A stretch of 32,000 nt of DNA, taken from Opitutia bacterium ISCC 52. Its GTDB lineage: Bacteria > Verrucomicrobiota > Verrucomicrobiia > Opitutales > UBA2995. Within the stretch, counting starts at the first letter, position 1. Each line of letters begins with the position of its first letter. Below, piece after piece: positions 8,892 to 18,233 of this stretch. A program made the translations under genes and the position numbers. The notes below the pieces were generated by a model that did not search any database, had not been told where the DNA came from, and worked only from the letters and a program-made list of their open reading frames with translations. The stretch spans positions 2,095,894 through 2,127,893 of the forward strand of contig CP076040.1 of assembly GCA_014529675.2 (NCBI GenBank), given 5' to 3'.

Positions 8892-10418
8892 GTGAAGATT
8901 CTCCCATTATTTAATTGGCTTACAGAACGAGGAACTGGTGTTCTTCTTCACCCAACTTGTTTTCCAGGAGACCAAGGTGTTGGTACCCTGGATCATTCTG
9001 CCCGACTGTTCATAGATTTTCTTGAAAAATCCGGCATTACGCATTGGCAAGTTTGCCCACTCGGTCCGACTGGATTTGGCGACTCACCCTATCAAACATT
9101 TTCCGCTTTTGCGGGTAATCCTTATTTGATCGATCTCAAGATAATGGTGGGCATTGGATTGTTAAGCGATGCGGACCTTGAGCCCTTTAGGTTTATGCCA
9201 AGCAGTCGAACTGACTTTGGCCTACTCTATCAAACTAAATGGTTAGTCCTACAGAAAGCTTTTCATTCATTTCAGGAACAAGCTCCTAAACATAAACTCA
9301 CTGAAGAATTCAATTCGTTCAGAATTAAACAGGAGAAATGGCTCAAGCCTTTCGGGTTGTTCATGGCGCTTAAGGAGAAATTTGAAGGTCGTAGTTGGCT
9401 CGAATGGCCTAATGCTTTTCGATCATTTAAATCGTTATCTGATAAAGATCTAGAACTAGAAGTTATTAAATCGGCAGAATCACATGAATTCTACCAGTTT
9501 TTATTTTTCAAACAATGGTCAGAGCTAAAGCAATATGCCAATGGTAAGGGTATTCAAATCATTGGAGACATACCAATTTTTGTATCTTTAGACAGTGTCG
9601 ACGTATGGTGTGACCCAGAGTATTTTCAAATAGATAAAAAGACAGGAAAACCCAAAGCTATGGCAGGTTGTCCTCCAGACTATTTCGCGAAAGATGGTCA
9701 GTTTTGGGGAAATCCACTATATGAGTGGAAAGCAATGAAGGCTGATGGATATTCTTGGTGGATTGATCGCTTTGAGTCTTCCTTTCAATTGTATGATGTC
9801 GTTCGGATTGATCACTTTCGTGGGTTTGAAGCGTATTGGTCAATTCCTGCTAAAGCAAAAACAGCAGCTGAGGGGAAATGGGTCAAAGGGCCTGGGCTTG
9901 CCGTCTTTAAGGCGATCAAAGAAAAGCTCCCCAAAGCTAAGATAATTGCCGAAGATTTGGGTCATATAACTCCTGAAGTCTCTGACCTGTTGGCGGATAC
10001 CGGCCTTCCTGGTATGGCAGTTCTTCAGTTTGCTTTTGGCGGCAGTAGTGACAACTTTTACCTGCCGCATAATCTAAAGGAGAATAGTGTCATTTATCCA
10101 GGTACCCATGATAATGATACGTCGATAAGTTGGTACGAAACCTCCGGTGATGTTATCCAGGATCACGTGCGCAGATATTATGATGTCGACGGCCAGAATG
10201 TCGGTTGGGATTTCATCAGATCCTGTTATCGTTCAGTTTCGAAATTGGCTGTCATCCCACTTCAAGATCTCATGAGTCTTGATGGCTCTGCGCGAATGAA
10301 CGAACCGGGTAATGCCCTTGGTAATTGGCAATGGCGATATCAGACCTGGCAACTGGAGGCCTTGATGAATGAGAGCTCAGATTATTTGGCAAGCTTAGCC
10401 AAGCTGAACGGTCGCTGA
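8892..10418 (+). CDS. malQ: 4-alpha-glucanotransferase (amylomaltase, GH77)
   Basis: 508 aa. GH77 motifs VRIDHFRGFEAYW, IIAEDLGHITPEV, YPGTHDNDT. GTG start; the upstream ATG frame terminates at once. Confidence 0.9.
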   Translation: MKILPLFNWLTERGTGVLLHPTCFPGDQGVGTLDHSARLFIDFLEKSGITHWQVCPLGPTGFGDSPYQTFSAFAGNPYLIDLKIMVGIGLLSDADLEPFRFMPSSRTDFGLLYQTKWLVLQKAFHSFQEQAPKHKLTEEFNSFRIKQEKWLKPFGLFMALKEKFEGRSWLEWPNAFRSFKSLSDKDLELEVIKSAESHEFYQFLFFKQWSELKQYANGKGIQIIGDIPIFVSLDSVDVWCDPEYFQIDKKTGKPKAMAGCPPDYFAKDGQFWGNPLYEWKAMKADGYSWWIDRFESSFQLYDVVRIDHFRGFEAYWSIPAKAKTAAEGKWVKGPGLAVFKAIKEKLPKAKIIAEDLGHITPEVSDLLADTGLPGMAVLQFAFGGSSDNFYLPHNLKENSVIYPGTHDNDTSISWYETSGDVIQDHVRRYYDVDGQNVGWDFIRSCYRSVSKLAVIPLQDLMSLDGSARMNEPGNALGNWQWRYQTWQLEALMNESSDYLASLAKLNGR

Positions 10419-10427
10419 TAAATACAA

Positions 10428-11294
10428 TTATTTAGTCAGGAATGAGGAGATTTCGGGTATCAGCGAATCTCTTTCATCATCCAGAATGTAGTGCCCAGAA
10501 TTCGGGTAAGACAATACCTTCGCATTTGGGAAAATGTTTTTCCATTTCTCGAGAAATAGATCGTTGAAGCAAAAATCTTTAATGCCCCAACCAAGCAAAA
10601 TGGGTTTATTTATTAGTTGAGGTAAAAAGGCTTCGATTTCAGATAACAGCTTGAAAGTTTCGTCACTGGTATCGGTAGGAATATCCTGGACGAATCGCAA
10701 AGTAGCGACCCGGTTTTTCCAGTTATTATACGGCAACAGATAACCGTCTTTTTCTATACTGGTCAGCGGTTTCTTGACTGCCATGCTGACAGCTGATCCC
10801 GCGAATCCGTTAAAGCCCCTGACGATTAAATCACCCAACAAGGGGATGCGACACAGGGCGATGCGTTTGGGAATGCGTGGTAAATAGAACGCGGCGGTGT
10901 TTAAAATAACAATTTTCCTTACTTTCTCTGGCAACGCCATTGCTACGCCCATGCCAATGGCCCCGCCCCAATCATGGACGATCAGGTCGAAAAATTCTAA
11001 GTCCAGCCCCTCAATCCATCTTACCGCATTTTCAATGTGTTGCTTAAGATTATAGGGATAATCTTGAGGCTTATCGGATAATCCGCATCCCATGTGATCC
11101 AAAGCCAAGCATCGGAAATTGCCACGCAAAGATTTGATTACATTTCGGTAATAAAATGACCAAGTCGGATTCCCGTGAAGCATAACGACCGCTCGTCCTT
11201 GGCCTTCGTCAACATAGTTCAGGTGACAATCACCAACAGACGCCTCGTTTTGATCGAAGGGATATTCGGACTGAATGTGCTCTGGTATCTCCAC
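10428..11294 (-). CDS. Alpha/beta hydrolase of the haloalkane-dehalogenase/OleB-like type (Asp nucleophile); last gene of the lipid cluster
   Basis: 288 aa. HGNPTWSFYYR, DHMGCGLSDKP, and a nucleophile elbow VHDWGG (Asp, not Ser). 2-nt gap to the upstream KASIII-like gene. Confidence 0.75.
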   Translation of the reverse strand: MEIPEHIQSEYPFDQNEASVGDCHLNYVDEGQGRAVVMLHGNPTWSFYYRNVIKSLRGNFRCLALDHMGCGLSDKPQDYPYNLKQHIENAVRWIEGLDLEFFDLIVHDWGGAIGMGVAMALPEKVRKIVILNTAAFYLPRIPKRIALCRIPLLGDLIVRGFNGFAGSAVSMAVKKPLTSIEKDGYLLPYNNWKNRVATLRFVQDIPTDTSDETFKLLSEIEAFLPQLINKPILLGWGIKDFCFNDLFLEKWKNIFPNAKVLSYPNSGHYILDDERDSLIPEISSFLTK

Positions 11295-11296
11295 TA

Positions 11297-12328
11297 CTAA
11301 AACTGAATGGCTAACATCAAGCTGCTCAATCCACTGCCAATTCCAAGAAGCGCGACTTTATCGCCAACTTGCACCGCTTTATCTTCAACTGCTTTTGCTA
11401 AAGTTAGAGGACATGATACCGAACCTACATTGCCCCATGAAGGATAAGTGATGTAGTCTTTATCCAGGTTTAAATTCAAGGCCTCAAATAACTGTCTTCG
11501 ATGAGCTGAACCTACCTGATGGCATATAAAACGATCGATATCTCCAGCATCCCATTCATTTTCTTCCAGAAATGCCCTCCAGGTTGTTTGGGCCAATTGA
11601 ATTCCGGCCTTTAGAAGCTCTTCCGAATCAGTTAGCATTTGAAGCTCTCCCTGTCCTGAAGCTCCGCCTTCACAAAGTAAATTACTTGCGGAATCGGTTC
11701 TAACGCTACCACCAAGCAGCTGTGGAGTTTCAGGAGCCAGGACCTTTCTGCAAAGAACAGCAGCTACACCGCCGCCACCGATTGTTAAATTTGCAAAATA
11801 AGGCTTAACAGATTTCCGGGTTTGCTCTGGTTTTTTTAGCTCACCAAGCGTCCAATCCATGAGCGACTTTCCGTTTTCACCAGAACAAACCAAGGCTCTC
11901 TCGAGTTGGCCTGATTCAATCATAGAGCCAACCAAGGTCAGTGCATTTAGAAACCCCAGACAGGCATTGGACAAGTCCCAGATTTGGGCTTTGGGGCTCA
12001 TTTCAAGTAATCCATGCACATAAGATGCGGTTGCTGGCTCCATTTTGTCACGGCAGACAGCCGCATGCGCAACCAGGTCGAAACTATCTGTGTCAAAACG
12101 ACTGTTTGCCAATGCAACCTTTCCAGCAGCTGCGCTGATGCTTGATGGCATGGTTTCTACCGGGTAAAAACGTCTTTCCTGGATGCCCGTCATTAATTCC
12201 AGGCGTCCCTTGGGAAGCCGTAATCTTTCGTAAGTTTCGCTCAGCTCTTCTTCAATCGCTTCCGAGCTCAGAACTTCTGGCGGCGTATCATAGGCGATAC
12301 TCTCAATGACTACATTGCTAAAACGCAT
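11297..12328 (-). CDS. KASIII (FabH)/OleA-like thiolase-fold condensing enzyme
   Basis: 343 aa. Cys-His-Asn triad motifs SNACLGF, ICHQVGS, WGNVGSVS. C-terminal ALLGIGSGLS. Confidence 0.8.
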   Translation of the reverse strand: MRFSNVVIESIAYDTPPEVLSSEAIEEELSETYERLRLPKGRLELMTGIQERRFYPVETMPSSISAAAGKVALANSRFDTDSFDLVAHAAVCRDKMEPATASYVHGLLEMSPKAQIWDLSNACLGFLNALTLVGSMIESGQLERALVCSGENGKSLMDWTLGELKKPEQTRKSVKPYFANLTIGGGGVAAVLCRKVLAPETPQLLGGSVRTDSASNLLCEGGASGQGELQMLTDSEELLKAGIQLAQTTWRAFLEENEWDAGDIDRFICHQVGSAHRRQLFEALNLNLDKDYITYPSWGNVGSVSCPLTLAKAVEDKAVQVGDKVALLGIGSGLSSLMLAIQF

Positions 12329-12331
12329 AAA

Positions 12332-13147
12332 TCAGGATTCCGGTCTCTCCGGACGCATCGCAAGCCTCACCACGTCCTTGTCGAAGTAATTACAATCCAT
12401 GCCGGCATCGACTTTTATATTGCCTCCATTGATACCGCTTGAGCTTGGGCTCAGTAAAAAAACTCCAGCATTTGCCACTTCCTGAGTCTGGACTGCCCTA
12501 CCCCTGAATGTAATTTTTTCTGAATACAAATAGCTCTCCAGGTATCCCGGAATGCCCGCTGAAGCACTCGTCTTTAATAAGCTCGGATTTACAGTATTGA
12601 ATCGTACGTTTGTCGATGAGCTGAATGATTTTGCCAGATACCGCATGGCACCATCGAGCGCTGCCTTTATGGGAGACATATAGCCATAGTTTTCAGCAGT
12701 GACTCGATGTGAGGATATGCCAATCGCAAGAATGGAGGCGTCATCTGTTAGGTTTGACTTAAACGCATTTACGACTTCAACAATGCTAAAGCATGATATT
12801 TGAGTCGCTTGAAGAAAGTCTTCTCTTTTTGTCTCATGGAAAGGTTTTATGCCTTCACTGTAATTGGCGAAAGCAATGGAATGCACAATTCCATTAAGAT
12901 CGGGGAAGTCCTTTGTGACAGCTTCTGCTAAAGCATCTATTTCCTCTTTGTTTTCAACGTCGCATATATAAACCGGTTTACCATGGAGGAGTTTGTTGAG
13001 GCTTTCTTTTCTGGCTTCCGATCTAACGCTATAAATGACCGTAGCACCCTCCTCTTCCAGGGTTTTTGCAATATGGAAAGCTACTGATTTCCGGTTGGCC
13101 ACACCCATTACCAGGATTACCCGGCCTTCTAAGTTTAAAAAGCTCAT
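12332..13147 (-). CDS. FabI-like enoyl-ACP reductase (SDR family)
   Basis: 271 aa. [15 protein letters not shown]-terminus and [12 protein letters not shown] (Tyr-x6-Lys) parallel the FabI GVASKLSIAY / NYNVMGLAKASL pattern, recalled from E. coli FabI. Confidence 0.75.
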   Translation of the reverse strand: MSFLNLEGRVILVMGVANRKSVAFHIAKTLEEEGATVIYSVRSEARKESLNKLLHGKPVYICDVENKEEIDALAEAVTKDFPDLNGIVHSIAFANYSEGIKPFHETKREDFLQATQISCFSIVEVVNAFKSNLTDDASILAIGISSHRVTAENYGYMSPIKAALDGAMRYLAKSFSSSTNVRFNTVNPSLLKTSASAGIPGYLESYLYSEKITFRGRAVQTQEVANAGVFLLSPSSSGINGGNIKVDAGMDCNYFDKDVVRLAMRPERPES

Positions 13148-13156
13148 AATCGCAAA

Positions 13157-13594
13157 TTAATCTCCTTCAACTAGAGCGAGCGTGTATTCAAGGTTCAGCG
13201 ACCGTTTGTCTCCATTCTTCACGACTCCTTTGCAGATGAAGAACATCCCCATCTTTTCTTTTATGCTCACCTCGATTGTCAAAACATCACCCGGTCGAAC
13301 CATCTCGCGGAATCTAGCGTTCATAATCTTGCCTAAAACAGGAGTGACTTGTTTGCCTTCGTAATCTCCAGAATACTTCTGTACTAAAAATACAGCAGCG
13401 CTTTGAAAAACTGCCTCGCAGATGATCACACCAGGCATGATAGGGTTTCCCGGGTAGTGTCCTTGAAAAAAGTCGAGGTCTTCGCGAACTGTAAACTGAG
13501 TGATGGCACCATCCTCTCGCATTTCAACAACCTCATCTACAAATAGAAAGGGTGGTCTATGTGGAATGGCTCTTAATACTTCGTCGGATGACAT
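13157..13594 (-). CDS. FabZ/FabA-like 3-hydroxyacyl-ACP dehydratase (hot-dog fold)
   Basis: 145 aa. IPHRPPFLFVDEV and GHYPGNPIMPGV motifs. Confidence 0.85.
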   Translation of the reverse strand: MSSDEVLRAIPHRPPFLFVDEVVEMREDGAITQFTVREDLDFFQGHYPGNPIMPGVIICEAVFQSAAVFLVQKYSGDYEGKQVTPVLGKIMNARFREMVRPGDVLTIEVSIKEKMGMFFICKGVVKNGDKRSLNLEYTLALVEGD

Positions 13595-13595
13595 A

Positions 13596-15068
13596 TTAAA
13601 CGGCAGCGGAATTAACCGCTTCCTTATTTAGGTTATAGAGAAATTTGTCCATTTTGTTGGCCGTGATAATTCCGTAATTTATAGCACCTAGCCAGCCTGA
13701 CATGATAATGCCTACGGAACCTGCATGATGAAGGCCTGCAATTTGGTCTGGTAAATTCATCGAGACAGGCAGTCCTTCAAATTTAGTTCCAAAACTGGTG
13801 CCCAATGGATGGCGAGTGTAGCTCTCCACCGTTTTTGGAGTCGCAGCTTCAAGGTGGCTAATTTTACTACGCGCATCTGGGATATATTTTTCCAATGCTA
13901 CGACGGATTCCTCTATGATGCGATTCTTATGGAATTCATATTCTTCGTCACTGAGTTTATCCCAGTCTTCAAAAGTGGCGTTAATGGAAGTGACGATGGT
14001 TGTTCGACCGAGTTCCGGTCGGGTATCAGGATAGTAAACTGAAAAAGTACGACTCGTGGTATTAAAATCCACAAGTTCATCGCTACTGAATTCTTCGCTT
14101 TCTGAAGTAAAGACGAGATCTCCTATATCTGGAATTGTCTCTCCTTCTTTTATGCCAATATAGATCTGGCATGAGCTGCTATTTATTCGAACAGGTTCAA
14201 CTTCGTTCAGGTAATCTTCAGAAAAGTGCTCTTCCCCAACTAGACCTTTTATCGTCCCAACGATATTTGCATTAGAAAGGACTGATTTGGTGCGAATGAA
14301 ACGTGTCTCTTCGCTTTTTCGTGAGCGAAGCACCACGCCAGTAATGTGCTTTTCATCGCCTTCCCCTGCTACTTCGATTTTTTCAACCAGGACATTTTTT
14401 CTTAATTCGACACCGTTCGACTTCATTTCTTCGACCATCTTATTTATGAGTACGTCGGTTCCACATTTAAATGTGAAAACGCCTTTGCTCATGAAGTTGG
14501 AGAAGACAATACCGTAGGTGATCGCCGGATCGTTAAGCGTTGATCCATTTGCGTAGGTAATGGGTTCCATCAACAAGCGATGTACATCTTTCCGTCCAGG
14601 GAAGAATTCTTCAAACAAATCGCCCGTCGTTCGATCGTCCTGATCAAAGAAGTCCATTCCTCTGAGGTGATCGTAGAATCCTTCTACATGGTCTCGATCG
14701 ACTCCGAAATGATTCACCAATTTGTCTGTGAAATCAACACGATCAAAGGTGGTCCAAATATTGAATTGCGGATTAATGAATCGCACATTCTTGAGCTGAA
14801 CGATCATGTCAGCGATTTCCTTGGTCCAATATTTTCGGCATGATTTTTTCATGCCGATCGGAAACCCATGAAGCGAAATATCGAAAATGTGTCTACCAGG
14901 GCGTTTAAACCATGTCGCTAATCCACCATATTGATAATGGTGCTCGAGCAGTAGCACTCGATGCCCATTTTTAGCGAGGTAGTTAGCGCCGGACAAGCCG
15001 CCCAAACCGCTACCGATTACGACTGCATCGTATTCGTCTTCAACACCTTCTAACCAGTCTTTTGCCAT
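13596..15068 (-). CDS. FAD-dependent oxidoreductase, phytoene desaturase (CrtI)/amine-oxidase family, copy B
   Basis: N-terminal [35 protein letters not shown] Rossmann motif. About 490 aa. Has a C-terminal Gly-rich segment [17 protein letters not shown] prefer the ATG at 15068; the ORF-track TTG is at 15074. Confidence 0.75.
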   Translation of the reverse strand: MAKDWLEGVEDEYDAVVIGSGLGGLSGANYLAKNGHRVLLLEHHYQYGGLATWFKRPGRHIFDISLHGFPIGMKKSCRKYWTKEIADMIVQLKNVRFINPQFNIWTTFDRVDFTDKLVNHFGVDRDHVEGFYDHLRGMDFFDQDDRTTGDLFEEFFPGRKDVHRLLMEPITYANGSTLNDPAITYGIVFSNFMSKGVFTFKCGTDVLINKMVEEMKSNGVELRKNVLVEKIEVAGEGDEKHITGVVLRSRKSEETRFIRTKSVLSNANIVGTIKGLVGEEHFSEDYLNEVEPVRINSSSCQIYIGIKEGETIPDIGDLVFTSESEEFSSDELVDFNTTSRTFSVYYPDTRPELGRTTIVTSINATFEDWDKLSDEEYEFHKNRIIEESVVALEKYIPDARSKISHLEAATPKTVESYTRHPLGTSFGTKFEGLPVSMNLPDQIAGLHHAGSVGIIMSGWLGAINYGIITANKMDKFLYNLNKEAVNSAAV

Positions 15069-15169
15069 GTACAAGTGGATGGAATAAAATAAGCCCTTAT
15101 GGGTAAAGGGAAAGTCCTGCCTACGTCAACTGTTCCGCCTGGAAAATAGCGGTTTCTGAAGTTCCGGAG

Positions 15170-16603
15170 TTAGTCTCTGAGTCCGTAGAGATTTGCGACA
15201 GTAATTCCACTGAGCATGGCGCCTACAATTCCGAGGAATCCTTGATCGGTTCCGCAAATGAATAAGTTATCCAGATGAGTCTTGCCCGGTTTATTCTTTA
15301 TAGGCGATCCGTATACGGCTCCCCCTAGTCTGCCAGTGAATTTTGTCACCGTAGTGGGTGTAAACATATCCGTGGCGATCGACTTTGATCGAATGGTCTT
15401 GAATGAGTCTACAGGCAGGAACTTGCACGCGGACTCGCCAATTCTATCAAACCAGCGGGTTTTCTCTAAATAGTATTCTTCTGGTCCCAGCTTTTTCCAG
15501 GTCTCGTAATTTGCCTGAGCGGTAAAACGAATGATTCCTTCGCTTAGTTGCCGTCCATCTGAGTATTCATAGTTGTTAGGCATACAAATGACCCCACTTC
15601 TCGGGTCTACGGCTTCTTTGGGGCATTCAAACTCGAATCGTTCCCAGTCATTAAAGAAAACAATGGTATCTTCAATCCCAAGGTCTCTTGGCTGATCCTT
15701 CAGTATGCTGATGGTCTCCGTGAAGCTCAAACGCCCTACATTCTCCTCTAGCCCTTGTTCAGAATAGCCTTCGCAGATTCGCAACGTTTCCGGCCATCCT
15801 GCACATGAAATAACCTTTTCTGCTGTGATGGTTCGACCATTGTCGAGTTCTAGGCCCGTAACTCGTTGGCTGTCAGAAAAAATCTTTTTAACGCCCAATT
15901 TCATGCATCGCTCTACTCCGGCCTCTTTCATCTTGGCCCTCATAATTCGCATCATGACTCTTATGCCTTCAAAAGGCCGTGCGAATCCCTCGTAGAAAAG
16001 CGATTTGAACAAGATGACGAATTGCCCGAATTCCATGTCCTTCTCTCGTGCATTGCCATAGAACATCAACGGGCAAAAAAGCATGTCTATAAGGACGGGG
16101 TGAGTCAGGCACTCAGCAACCACTGCTCGCGCCGATACATCTGGGTAATCGAGCTCATTGTCATCCCATTCGTTGATCTTAGCTAGTAGCTTTCGAAAAC
16201 CATTCATTTGATCGGGGAACTCCCGTTCGATTTCCGATTCAAGGAAGGCAAATCCGTTTCCGAACTTCAGGTCAATTCCTGGAAATGCAATTCGGGAAAA
16301 TGCCTGCGGATTGAGGTCCAATTCATCGCGAGAAATGCGAAGCTGCCGAATGATCTTACCTAGCGGAGTTCCTTTAACACTGGAAGGTACGTAATTAGTT
16401 AAGGCATGTAGCCCTACATCATAGGCTCGACCTTCAATACTGTAGAAACTGTTGAGCCCTCCTATTACATTGTGACGCTCCAGCAGACATACTGATTTGC
16501 CGAAGTGCGAGAGACGAATGGCAGCGGCCATACCGGACATACCGGCGCCTATTACGACCACATCATAGTGGTCTAGATCAGGTTTCCTTATAGCGAAGTT
16601 CAA
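15170..16603 (-). CDS. FAD-dependent oxidoreductase, phytoene desaturase (CrtI)/amine-oxidase family, copy A
   Basis: YDVVVIGAGMSGMAAAIRLSHFGKSVCLLERHNVIGG motif and C-terminal FICGTDQGFLGIVGAMLSG. The only in-frame start before the FAD motif is the TTG at 16603, which directly abuts the ACP stop (TAA-TTG). Confidence 0.75.
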   Translation of the reverse strand: MNFAIRKPDLDHYDVVVIGAGMSGMAAAIRLSHFGKSVCLLERHNVIGGLNSFYSIEGRAYDVGLHALTNYVPSSVKGTPLGKIIRQLRISRDELDLNPQAFSRIAFPGIDLKFGNGFAFLESEIEREFPDQMNGFRKLLAKINEWDDNELDYPDVSARAVVAECLTHPVLIDMLFCPLMFYGNAREKDMEFGQFVILFKSLFYEGFARPFEGIRVMMRIMRAKMKEAGVERCMKLGVKKIFSDSQRVTGLELDNGRTITAEKVISCAGWPETLRICEGYSEQGLEENVGRLSFTETISILKDQPRDLGIEDTIVFFNDWERFEFECPKEAVDPRSGVICMPNNYEYSDGRQLSEGIIRFTAQANYETWKKLGPEEYYLEKTRWFDRIGESACKFLPVDSFKTIRSKSIATDMFTPTTVTKFTGRLGGAVYGSPIKNKPGKTHLDNLFICGTDQGFLGIVGAMLSGITVANLYGLRD

Positions 16604-16864
16604 TTAGCTGCCTTGAAGGGCTGCGAACTTCGGCTCGAGGTAATTGGCACAACTATCTAGTGATGCTAGCTCCTGGTAATCGGATTCAGGGACCTCAATG
16701 CCGTGTTGCTTCCGCAGTTCCATCACAATATCCAGAAAATCCATGGAATCTAGTTCCAATTGATCCCTGAGACGCACATCTGGTGAAATGTCAGTAAGGT
16801 CTTCATCGGGAGCGATTTCTGCGATTATCTTTAAAACGATATTCTTGATGTCGTCTTTGGTCAT
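16604..16864 (-). CDS. Dedicated acyl carrier protein
   Basis: 86 aa, acidic. Phosphopantetheine attachment motif LELDSMDFLDIVMEL. Confidence 0.85.
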   Translation of the reverse strand: MTKDDIKNIVLKIIAEIAPDEDLTDISPDVRLRDQLELDSMDFLDIVMELRKQHGIEVPESDYQELASLDSCANYLEPKFAALQGS

Positions 16865-16879
16865 TGTCTGTAAATCTAC

Positions 16880-18115
16880 TTAGTCCTGAAACCGGGTCAC
16901 GACAAGCGAAGAATTGATTCCCAGCATGCCAAAAGAGTTGTTGAAAATGGCATCAACTCGGTCCAATTCAACCGGTTCTCCGATTACAAGGTTCCCCACG
17001 TTGCACTGGGGGTCCAACTCGTCAACATTAATTGTAGGATGGACCATTTTATCTATAAAAGCCGGCAAATTTCCTGCTAATTCAAGCGCTCCAGCCGCTC
17101 CCATAGAATGGCCGATAAAGCTCTTTGTGTTGTTAATATAGGTAGAATCACTTTTGCCAAAAACCTCCCCAATCGCCTCACATTCCTGAATATCCCCTTG
17201 CTTCGTAGAAGTGGCGTGCGTGTTAACGATCTGAATGTCCGAACCTTCAATATTTGCGCGTTTCAACGCGGCTCTCATACATTGGGCCTGCCGCTCTGGA
17301 TTAGGTAGAACATAATCGGTGGCATCCGAGTTCAACGCCCAGCCTGAAACCTCCGCTATGATGTTTGCTCCTCGGGCTTTCGCATCATCCAAGCGTTCCA
17401 GGCAATAAAGGCATCCTCCCTCACTCACGACTATGCCATTACGCTCCATGTCGAAGGGTCGACTCGCTTTCGTTGGATCCTCATGCGTTGCCAGTGCATT
17501 CTGGCTTTTGAAGGCGGCAAAAATACCGAAGGTATGAATGCTTTCACTGACGCCACCTCCTAACGCGAAATCGATCTCTTCCAGTTGCAGCATCTGGCAG
17601 GCTTGAATTACCCCGGCATTACCGGCTGCGCATGCGGCGCCTATGGCATAGTGCGGCCCCGTAATCATGAGATTAATTGTGATTTCTCCGGCAGGATTGT
17701 TGGCTACGGTCCGTGGATTATGGTGATGCGTCCAGAATCGTGTATCGTAGTCATATTTGGAGATATTGAAGATTTCATTTTCTGTCTCTACGTTGCCATG
17801 CTCTGTCGCTCCTACATAGACTCCAACTCGGCTCTTATCGAAGGTTTCCCAGTCAATACCCGAATTGGTAATTGCCTCATTAGCACAATAAATTCCTACG
17901 CTTCCAGCGCGGGTGCCAATTCGGACCGCTTTCTTGGTCTGGTACTTCAGTGGATCAAAATCGCATACGCCCGCATGGACGGTGCCCATATAACGGGTTT
18001 CGATATTCTGAATCGTGGAAACCTTGTTCAGCAAGTTGGCACGGTATTCCTCAAGGGTATTTCCATTGGGAGCAGTCAGGCCAATGCCAGTGATAACGAT
18101 TCGATGGTGGGACAT
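16880..18115 (-). CDS. Beta-ketoacyl-ACP synthase, FabF/FabB type (Cys-His-His); first gene of the lipid cluster
   Basis: 411 aa. Active-site Cys in GPHYAIGAACAAG, and His motifs NTHATST and IGHSMGAAG. Confidence 0.85.
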   Translation of the reverse strand: MSHHRIVITGIGLTAPNGNTLEEYRANLLNKVSTIQNIETRYMGTVHAGVCDFDPLKYQTKKAVRIGTRAGSVGIYCANEAITNSGIDWETFDKSRVGVYVGATEHGNVETENEIFNISKYDYDTRFWTHHHNPRTVANNPAGEITINLMITGPHYAIGAACAAGNAGVIQACQMLQLEEIDFALGGGVSESIHTFGIFAAFKSQNALATHEDPTKASRPFDMERNGIVVSEGGCLYCLERLDDAKARGANIIAEVSGWALNSDATDYVLPNPERQAQCMRAALKRANIEGSDIQIVNTHATSTKQGDIQECEAIGEVFGKSDSTYINNTKSFIGHSMGAAGALELAGNLPAFIDKMVHPTINVDELDPQCNVGNLVIGEPVELDRVDAIFNNSFGMLGINSSLVVTRFQD

Positions 18116-18233
18116 AGTGGGATTAAACAGTCGATGTAAGTTAAAGATTTGGGAAATTAAAAGGTTAATATTGCCCGTATAGATACCTTCTGTTCCGATT
18201 CTGCTTCACCTCTCAAATTGGCACTATTTATTG

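Noticed and set aside
15094-15110. The hairpin CCCTT-ATGGGTA-AAGGG in the 95-nt gap between the two flavoenzyme genes, followed on the coding strand by a T-rich run, as a possible internal terminator.
   Set aside because: The stem is only 5 bp with low G+C, and the T-tract is interrupted. That is insufficient for an intrinsic terminator call. It may still modulate the expression ratio, but I cannot support it.
13596-16603. Interpreting the two CrtI-family genes as a carotenoid pathway.
   Set aside because: No phytoene/dehydrosqualene synthase, prenyl diphosphate synthase or cyclase lies in the window. The genes are instead embedded without gaps among ACP, KS, DH and ER genes.
17585-18139. 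A 184-aa plus-strand ORF antisense to the KS gene. Similar long antisense ORFs occur at 24350-24925 (191 aa) and at 25507-25921 (123 and 116 aa).
   Set aside because: Each lies entirely within a strongly supported gene on the opposite strand. The translated sequences are low-complexity, Arg/Ser/Cys-rich, with no motifs. This is typical of shadow ORFs in locally GC-richer coding DNA.
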